From contig JBBTQY010000003.1 of NCBI GenBank assembly GCA_038065475.1, positions 14,464 to 78,463 on the forward strand: 64,000 nt of DNA, in the 5' to 3' direction. How positions within the stretch are numbered: the first letter of the stretch is position 1; the number at the start of each line of letters is the position of its first letter. The position numbers and the translations under genes were made by a program. This stretch comes from Patescibacteria group bacterium (GTDB lineage Bacteria; Patescibacteriota; Minisyncoccia; Ryanbacterales; GWA2-47-10b). Below are positions 57,750 through 64,000 of the stretch, in pieces. The notes beneath the pieces are model-generated. The model was given only the letters and a program-made list of their open reading frames with translations. It was not told where the DNA came from and searched no databases.

Positions 57750-59075
57750 TTACAACGCGAGAGCATCCTGCAAGCGGCGCACAATGGCGCCACCGTGAAA
57801 TAATATATCAAGCATAGTAGCGATACCAAGAAGGGCGAGGGCAATTACAACAACTCGCCTGCTTTTTACGTCTTTCTTGTGTGCAATCAAAAAAGCAGCA
57901 GTAATCGCAAGTAAAGGATATAACACAAATCGATAACGGCTCTCAACAATAATGGGTATAACGCTCATCGGCTGCAACACAACTACAGCGCCCAAAAATA
58001 ATATTTTCACCTCACGAAATATGCGAGGTATAAGCATTAGCAAACCCGCTATACCACCTATAAATAGAAGTGCTGTCAAAATACCTGAGGCGACCAAAGT
58101 TAAAAGTCGGTGGATCGGATCGTCAGCAAGATGAATCCAAAAGCCGGTGGGTCGGATCAAGCTGAAATATAGCGCCGCCTTCTTGATTTGTAATACTATA
58201 AATTCTCCGGGTGACTCGAAAAGAAATTTTTTATATTCTCCTCGGGATATACGATCAAGCTCATTCATAGTAACCGTGTTGCGTACATGCTGAATCTCAG
58301 GTGTTTTCTCAAAACCGCCTGCAGCACCTTTATGATTTCCCACCCATAAATCATAACTACCGACGCTCGTGGTCAAAATAAAACGCCCATAGCGCTCAGA
58401 GACGGTATATGACCATGGACCAATAATGCAGATTGTGGCAAGCGCGAGCACAGCAAGGGCTCGCCAATCTCTCCTCCAGCCCAAAAGCAGCAAAACAAAG
58501 CCAAATGCAAGAAGTGCAGTTGGTCGAATCAATATAGCAAAAGGCCATAGCACTGCTGCGAGAATAAGCAGCATGCCTTGCCTGCGATCAAAAAAAGTAA
58601 AGGTTACTAGTAACGCAGCAAGGAAAACAAAAATAAAAAGTGTCTCAGTCAACAATAAACCGCTCACCACAATAAGGTCAGGAGTAAATGCAAACAAAAC
58701 ACTCGCAATCGTAGCTGCCCGCGGCATATCTGGAAACAAACGGCGAACAATGAACCACATGAGTATCACCGATGCACCTCGCAAGAGCGCTTGCAGCACC
58801 CAAACCGTCCATATCTTATGTCCAAAAATCCAATAGACAGCTGCGAGAAAAAATTGATACCCGGGCCCTACCCTAATAAGAGCCCAATCAAGCTCCGGCG
58901 TTAGCACATTACTTGCTTCTTCTATATATCCAAAACCCTGCGCAAGATTCCATCCGATCTTATCGTACGCTGCCGCATCAACACGCGGACGATCATGCCA
59001 ATAAAACGCATACGCCAGAGAGATAAGCGTGGTCGCGGCCGCAAGAACAAGAATATGCCGCGGTATATTTTTCAT
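57750..59075 (-). CDS. GT-C fold glycosyltransferase (ArnT/PMT_2-like)
   Basis: DA..YD....NL, R..PGY..FL, LTET, LIRP, PW, LW.GN, RYR. Confidence 0.85.
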   Translation of the reverse strand: MKNIPRHILVLAAATTLISLAYAFYWHDRPRVDAAAYDKIGWNLAQGFGYIEEASNVLTPELDWALIRVGPGYQFFLAAVYWIFGHKIWTVWVLQALLRGASVILMWFIVRRLFPDMPRAATIASVLFAFTPDLIVVSGLLLTETLFIFVFLAALLVTFTFFDRRQGMLLILAAVLWPFAILIRPTALLAFGFVLLLLGWRRDWRALAVLALATICIIGPWSYTVSERYGRFILTTSVGSYDLWVGNHKGAAGGFEKTPEIQHVRNTVTMNELDRISRGEYKKFLFESPGEFIVLQIKKAALYFSLIRPTGFWIHLADDPIHRLLTLVASGILTALLFIGGIAGLLMLIPRIFREVKILFLGAVVVLQPMSVIPIIVESRYRFVLYPLLAITAAFLIAHKKDVKSRRVVVIALALLGIATMLDILFHGGAIVRRLQDALAL

Positions 59076-59767
59076 GACCTATCAAAAAGATTGAAATAGA
59101 AGATTGCACCAATCGCCTTAAAGCCGTCACGCCAGGTAATTTTTTTACCTTCACGATAAGTTCGCCCATAGTAGTTAATCGGCACTTCATAGATACGCCA
59201 ACCATTGCGAGCTACACGAGCAACAAGCTCTGGTTCGATGCCAAATCTTTGAGATCTTAGTTTTGGAGCGATGATATCAATAACCTCTTTTTTAAATACC
59301 TTGTATCCTGTCTCCATATCGGAAAGATTAAGGTTCGTAAAAATATTGGAGAGCAATGTGAGCATGGTATTACCAAAGTAATGCCAAAAATAAAATACAC
59401 GCTGGTAATCCCCACGAAAACGAGAACCAAATACCACATCTGCCTTTCCCTCTTGAATCGGCCTTAGGAGCGCAGGGTAATCAGTCGGATCATATTCAAA
59501 ATCAGCATCTTGTATAAGGACAATATCACCCGTCGTCTCCAAAAATCCACGTTTGAGTGCCGCGCCCTTGCCCGCGTTCTTTTCAAGCAAAATGATTTTG
59601 ATATCGCTCATTTCTTTGAGAACGTCGCGCGTGCCATCGGTCGATCCATCATCAACAAGAATAATTTCCTTTTCTATACCGTCGAGCGGTACGGCAAAAA
59701 CGCGCGAGACAACCTCGCGCACCGTCTTTTTTTCATTGTATACCGGAATAACTATCGAGAGTTTCAT
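59072..59767 (-). CDS. DPM1-like GT2 glycosyltransferase
   Basis: [47 protein letters not shown]. Confidence 0.93.
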   Translation of the reverse strand: MKLSIVIPVYNEKKTVREVVSRVFAVPLDGIEKEIILVDDGSTDGTRDVLKEMSDIKIILLEKNAGKGAALKRGFLETTGDIVLIQDADFEYDPTDYPALLRPIQEGKADVVFGSRFRGDYQRVFYFWHYFGNTMLTLLSNIFTNLNLSDMETGYKVFKKEVIDIIAPKLRSQRFGIEPELVARVARNGWRIYEVPINYYGRTYREGKKITWRDGFKAIGAIFYFNLFDRS

Positions 59768-59844
59768 GCAACCAAAGAGACTTATATCTTATAACGCTCT
59801 TTATCAGCCTATCGTTTCCTCACTTCTTTCTAGCATAAAAACGC

Positions 59845-60951
59845 TTACTCTGCACCCATCAGCCCTCGCAAAAACAAAACAATACCTTCCGCACGCTTAT
59901 CCCAACTATATCGCTGTACTCGATCCCTTCCCTTTTGCGCGCGGCGAGCGCTCTCTTCGGGATTTGTTAAAACTTTTTTTATAACACGCTCAAATTCTTC
60001 TACACGATAATCTTGAACGAAAAATAATTCTTCGTCTCCTGCAACCTCACGAATTGATGGAAGGTCGGTTGCTACCGTAGGCGTACCTGATGCAAGATAC
60101 TCCATGATTTTAATGGGGGAAAAATATTTTTGCGCGCGCTCGCTATTCTTTTCATACGGTGCAATAAGCACGTCAGCGGCAAACATATACTTATTAATCT
60201 GAAGGACAGAAATAGTGGAAAATCGCCAGAAAAAATCATCTCTCTCTTCTCGCTCTGCACCAAATTCCACAAGTACAGTGCCGGGCAACGTTTTATTAAT
60301 ACGGCCGGATAACTCAGCCAAAAGAGCAGTCCCTTTCCATGCCTGCAGACTGCCCGCGTAAAGAATAATTTTTTTGTCTTCGGGCAAGTTGAGCTCCGCT
60401 CGAACTTCTGCTCGTGTTTTCTCCGGGACCAAAAGTGGATCGAATCCGTTGGGCGCAACTAAAAAACGATTTGCACTAATACCATAAGTGTTTGCGATAG
60501 CTTCTACTTTTGCCTTATTGGTCGAGACAATACCGCGTGCAGAGCGAAACACGCGACTATATATCATGGAAGGCATCTTACCAAGCGAGTGGCATTCAAA
60601 AAAGAAATTGTCTCGAAACCGTGGCGAGAGAAAAGAAAGAAGAAACGCTAGGAGAAGATCGCGAGTATAAAAAATTGTCTCGGGCGGCGCTTCGCGCACG
60701 ATACGGCGAAACGTAAGTGCACGAAAGAAGCTTTGCGGCCAAAGTATACCGAATAATTTTGGTAGCTCTTTTATAGAAAGATCGCCTGTGACGCCATAAC
60801 TCTCCAATACTTTTCTTTTCTTCTCGCCCATGCTTCCTACCCAGAGAGTAGCATCGGCGTGACGCGAAAAGGCCTCCGTCATCTTCATGACCTGGAGGCG
60901 GTTGGCGAGCGTTGAAGGATATGTGAGCGTTGTAAGATACCAGAGTGTCAT
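59845..60951 (-). CDS. GT4 family glycosyltransferase
   Basis: AN..QV..M, PNG.D, YAGS...WKG, SPIKIMEYLA.G.P, YSW..RA. Confidence 0.9.
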   Translation of the reverse strand: MTLWYLTTLTYPSTLANRLQVMKMTEAFSRHADATLWVGSMGEKKRKVLESYGVTGDLSIKELPKLFGILWPQSFFRALTFRRIVREAPPETIFYTRDLLLAFLLSFLSPRFRDNFFFECHSLGKMPSMIYSRVFRSARGIVSTNKAKVEAIANTYGISANRFLVAPNGFDPLLVPEKTRAEVRAELNLPEDKKIILYAGSLQAWKGTALLAELSGRINKTLPGTVLVEFGAEREERDDFFWRFSTISVLQINKYMFAADVLIAPYEKNSERAQKYFSPIKIMEYLASGTPTVATDLPSIREVAGDEELFFVQDYRVEEFERVIKKVLTNPEESARRAQKGRDRVQRYSWDKRAEGIVLFLRGLMGAE

Positions 60952-60991
60952 CGTTGAAAATAAAGGCTTTTTTAAGTATTATTATGCTATC

Positions 60992-62422
60992 ATGGATCGT
61001 GAGAAAGTTCATTCACTAGGCTGCAATATCGACGACGATCGCACGCGCGATATTTTGGCGTCTATCACCGCATTGCCGTCGCTTGCGCGCCCCGCCGTCT
61101 GCCTCCCCGACCTTCACTTAAAAGAACGCACGGAAGCCCCCTCTTCGTTTGCGGCTGCCACACGCGACACCATCGTGCCCGAACTTACCGCGCCGTCAGT
61201 CGGCTGTGGCATGGGTGCACTCGTCACCTCGCTCTCGGTCAAAGACATTGACCATACTTTTTTTGAAGCATTTTTTCATGAGCTGCGCGCAAATCTTGGC
61301 CCGCGCTATGGGCACTTCAAAAATATTCTTTTGTGGCTCGGTATTATCGGCCGCCCCCATAAACCCTACGATCTGACCGAAGAAGAATTTGCCGATATTA
61401 TCAAACACGGTGCCCAAGCTGCAGTCGAGCGCTATAACCTACCCTCTGAATTTCTTGACCGTGTTGAATATCGTGGCTCGGTATATTCAAAAGAAGAACA
61501 AGAATCGCTCAATCTCAAAAACATCCTCCCGCGCATTTCATGGCGATCGGGCCGACATGACCTCGGCTACGGTTTTAAGGGAAATCATTTCTTGGAGATT
61601 CAGTATGTCGAGGAAATGATTGATATTAAAACTGCGCGTGATTGGGGTCTGAAAGAAGGATCGATCGTCATCATGTACCATGGTGGAGGAGGTGCGGTCT
61701 CTTATCACATTGGCCGTTACTTTGGTAACCGCAAGAAAAATACGGCAATACAAAAATTTGTACTCTTCTTTTTCAAAGCACTCTTTCATTTTGGCAATCC
61801 GAAAAAATGGAAGTATGCCGCAAAGCGCTTTCGCTACTATTTCCGCCCGAAACCCTTTATGGAAATTCCGCTTGATACGCCTGAGGGTGATCGCCTCTGG
61901 CAAGCGACTAAGGCATCGCTCAACTATAGCTACGGCTTTCGGATGGCGATCGCACGCCGCATCATTGATACGCTCTCAAAAGTATCTCCCAAAAAAGGTG
62001 TGACATCTTCGCTCATTGTCGATTCAACTCACAATGCCATCATGAAAGAAAAAGTAGGCAACGAAGAATTGGTAGTACACCGCCATACCGCAAATCGCGC
62101 ATTTCCTGACAAACCTTTGATTGTCTCAGGATTTAATACCACTAACTCTTATATTGCCGTTGGTCTTCCCAACGCAGAAGAGCATCTTTTTGCATCTGAT
62201 CACGGCGCGGGTATCACTATCAAAAAAATGCAAAATGAAGGTCTCTCGCGCCCTCACCCCAAAAACTTTGTCACCCACATCTACCAGACACGTTCGCCGT
62301 TTAAACGCGTAGTGGAACACATCACCAACGAAGGCATTGATTATGTAATGGAGACGCTCGAACGTGAAGGTATCGCGCGGCCCGTCGCCCGCCTTCGTCC
62401 ATTGGCTGTATTCAAAGGATAA
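60992..62422 (+). CDS. Divergent RtcB-family protein (copy 1)
   Basis: LPDLH, VGCGM, GNHFLEIQ, YHGG, THN, HGAG and C-terminal LRPLAVFKG in RtcB order. Confidence 0.8.
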   Translation: MDREKVHSLGCNIDDDRTRDILASITALPSLARPAVCLPDLHLKERTEAPSSFAAATRDTIVPELTAPSVGCGMGALVTSLSVKDIDHTFFEAFFHELRANLGPRYGHFKNILLWLGIIGRPHKPYDLTEEEFADIIKHGAQAAVERYNLPSEFLDRVEYRGSVYSKEEQESLNLKNILPRISWRSGRHDLGYGFKGNHFLEIQYVEEMIDIKTARDWGLKEGSIVIMYHGGGGAVSYHIGRYFGNRKKNTAIQKFVLFFFKALFHFGNPKKWKYAAKRFRYYFRPKPFMEIPLDTPEGDRLWQATKASLNYSYGFRMAIARRIIDTLSKVSPKKGVTSSLIVDSTHNAIMKEKVGNEELVVHRHTANRAFPDKPLIVSGFNTTNSYIAVGLPNAEEHLFASDHGAGITIKKMQNEGLSRPHPKNFVTHIYQTRSPFKRVVEHITNEGIDYVMETLEREGIARPVARLRPLAVFKG

Positions 62423-62463
62423 AAAATAAAAAAATGCCCCCACACCGCGGTGATGTGAGGGCA
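62421..62463 (-). terminator. Rho-independent terminator
   Basis: TGCCCTCACA...TGTGGGGGCA imperfect hairpin plus T-run on the minus strand. Confidence 0.65.
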
Positions 62464-62510
62464 CCCGTCAGAGGCATATCGGGTAAAACCTTTTGTTGTA
62501 TCGCCGGAGA

Positions 62511-63083
62511 CTAGGCTGCGAGCCGCGCCGCAAGATCGTCGCCAAGCCAGTCGCGGTCGAGCCAGAAGTGGTATCCGCGCCACCTGCCGTTGAAGCAGAG
62601 ATAACGGACGTACAGGTGGCCATCCAAGCAGCGGTAGATGGTACCCCAAAAAAAGACGGCCTTCCCCTTCTCCTTCCACTCCTCGGGGATGAGGTGCTGG
62701 TTGGCGAGCAGGTAGTCCAACACGTTCGCATTGAGCACGGGTACCGAGGCGAGCTCGCGGCGGAGCTTGTTGCCCTCGATGACCTTGCCGTTCTGCTGGT
62801 TCGGTGAGAGATGAAGCGAGACCTTTGTGGGGTCCCACTCGAACTGGCCGTACCTCCGATGCTCCTCGACCCTCCATCCGTCGGGGATGAATGGGTTCGC
62901 ATCGCAGTCGATGGTGTGGCGGATGGGCGTCACCTCTCCGTGACCACGAATGATGGAGAGCACCTGTGCGAGGATATCGCCCTCGCACATCTTCTTGATG
63001 TCCGCGTTGGTGTAACCAGCGCGGCGGCACGCGAGTTTGAACTCGTTGGCCTGTCCTACATCGAGCATAAGCTCTGCGCTCAC
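62511..63083 (-). CDS. Hypothetical protein (GC-rich cassette)
   Basis: GTG start with SD AAGGAG, promoter TTGACA-17-TATTAT (63177-63149) and its own terminator; motif NANVLDYLL..Q.LIPEEWK..FFWGT. Confidence 0.75.
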   Translation of the reverse strand: MSAELMLDVGQANEFKLACRRAGYTNADIKKMCEGDILAQVLSIIRGHGEVTPIRHTIDCDANPFIPDGWRVEEHRRYGQFEWDPTKVSLHLSPNQQNGKVIEGNKLRRELASVPVLNANVLDYLLANQHLIPEEWKEKGKAVFFWGTIYRCLDGHLYVRYLCFNGRWRGYHFWLDRDWLGDDLAARLAA

Positions 63084-63220
63084 AAAGAGCTCCTTTTGTC
63101 TGGCAACAGCGTTCGTCCGAACAATGTTGCGGGTTTATTTCCAGAAATATAATACTATATATATTTTTATATGTCAATGGCAGACGCGGCAATAAAAAAT
63201 CGTTATAATACAATAACTTT

Positions 63221-64000
63221 ATGAATTTCTCTTGCGACAATATTGAACACCCAGAAATTCGCGGCAAGCTCGCGCGTATTTCGCGCGTCGGCAGCATGGC
63301 GCGATCACCTGTGTGTCTCCCCAATATTCACCCCAAGGCTGGCCTTGAATCGCCTCCTCAATTTGTCGCGGCAACCCGCGACACTATCGTACCGCAGCTG
63401 ACGGCACCCGCCATGAACTGCGGTATGAGTGTATTTCGCACCACACTCAAAAAAGAAGATTTCTCGCCCGAATTTCTCAAAGATTTTGCCGCGCGACTCC
63501 GCTCAGGTGTCCTCCCCCGTGAAAGCAGATTCAAAGGATTTTTAGCGTGGCTCGGCACTTATGAGAAACCATCAACCAAATATGATCTTTCGCGTGAAGA
63601 GTTACGCGAGTTCTTTTTAGAGGGCGCGCCTGCCGCCGCACGCAAGTATGGCATAGCGCCTGCCGAACTTGAACACATGGAATACGGCGGTAACATCATC
63701 AGCGAATCCGAGAAAAAAGATATTGATTTGAGTGACCTCGTCCCCCGCTCATCATGGACCAACGGACGCCATGAGATGGGTTATAATTTCGGCGGCAATC
63801 ATTTCTTGGAACTCCACACGGTAGAAAAAATCGACAACCAAGAAATGGCATCCGCTTGGAATATTTCCGAAGGAGATATTTTAATGTTCTACCACGGCGG
63901 TGGGGGTCACGCGACCTATCACCTCGGCCGCTATTTTGGCCGCAGAAAAAAGAACACACCTGCGGAAAAACTCGCACTCTTTTTCTTGAAACTGATGTTC
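63221..64000 (+). CDS. Divergent RtcB-family protein (copy 2, partial at the window end)
   Basis: Translated by hand: MNFSCDNIE...PVCLPNIH...ATRDTIVPQLTAPAMNCGM...FGGNHFLE...YHGGGG...GRYFGRRKKNT. Collinear with copy 1; TATAAT lies 11 nt upstream. Confidence 0.8.
   Translation, partial: MNFSCDNIEHPEIRGKLARISRVGSMARSPVCLPNIHPKAGLESPPQFVAATRDTIVPQLTAPAMNCGMSVFRTTLKKEDFSPEFLKDFAARLRSGVLPRESRFKGFLAWLGTYEKPSTKYDLSREELREFFLEGAPAAARKYGIAPAELEHMEYGGNIISESEKKDIDLSDLVPRSSWTNGRHEMGYNFGGNHFLELHTVEKIDNQEMASAWNISEGDILMFYHGGGGHATYHLGRYFGRRKKNTPAEKLALFFLKLMF

Noticed and set aside
62341-63324. 327-aa minus-strand ORF
   Set aside because: It is an alternate frame of the 62511-63083 gene, overlaps both RtcB-like genes, and has R/P-rich shadow composition.
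1-64000. CRISPR array, integron attC sites, IS elements, prophage
   Set aside because: No periodic repeats, integrase, transposase or phage structural genes were recognised by eye; the hairpins found look like terminators.

Overview
Bacterial genomic window. It most likely comes from a Patescibacteria/CPR (Parcubacteria-like) genome, an inference from gene content, the many apparently leaderless promoters and the protein types; no marker gene confirms it. 1-12.4 kb holds housekeeping and surface genes: a partial peptidoglycan-binding surface protein, rsmI, DUF192, a trypsin-like protease, an ABC exporter, a dCMP-deaminase-like protein, an MTH1-like Nudix, secA, hpf and murB. 12.7-61 kb is a very large surface-glycan locus with a priming sugar-phosphotransferase, an O-antigen-ligase/TPR protein, a Wzx flippase, five GT-C (ArnT/PMT-like) transferases, several GT2/GT4 enzymes, seven SAM methyltransferases, a GDP-heptose modification pathway with a B12-radical SAM enzyme and an E1alpha/E1beta pair, gmd plus aminotransferases, a CotH-like kinase and VTC/DUF4956. 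The window ends in two divergent RtcB-like paralogs. The most notable observations are: (i) the RtcB-like pair with altered active-site motifs; (ii) about ten self-contained, mostly GC-richer promoter-SD-gene-terminator cassettes among SD-less, leaderless-looking backbone genes; (iii) two candidate structured RNAs upstream of murB. No tRNA, rRNA, CRISPR array, integrase or transposase was recognised. Many start codons were shortened relative to the ORF track.
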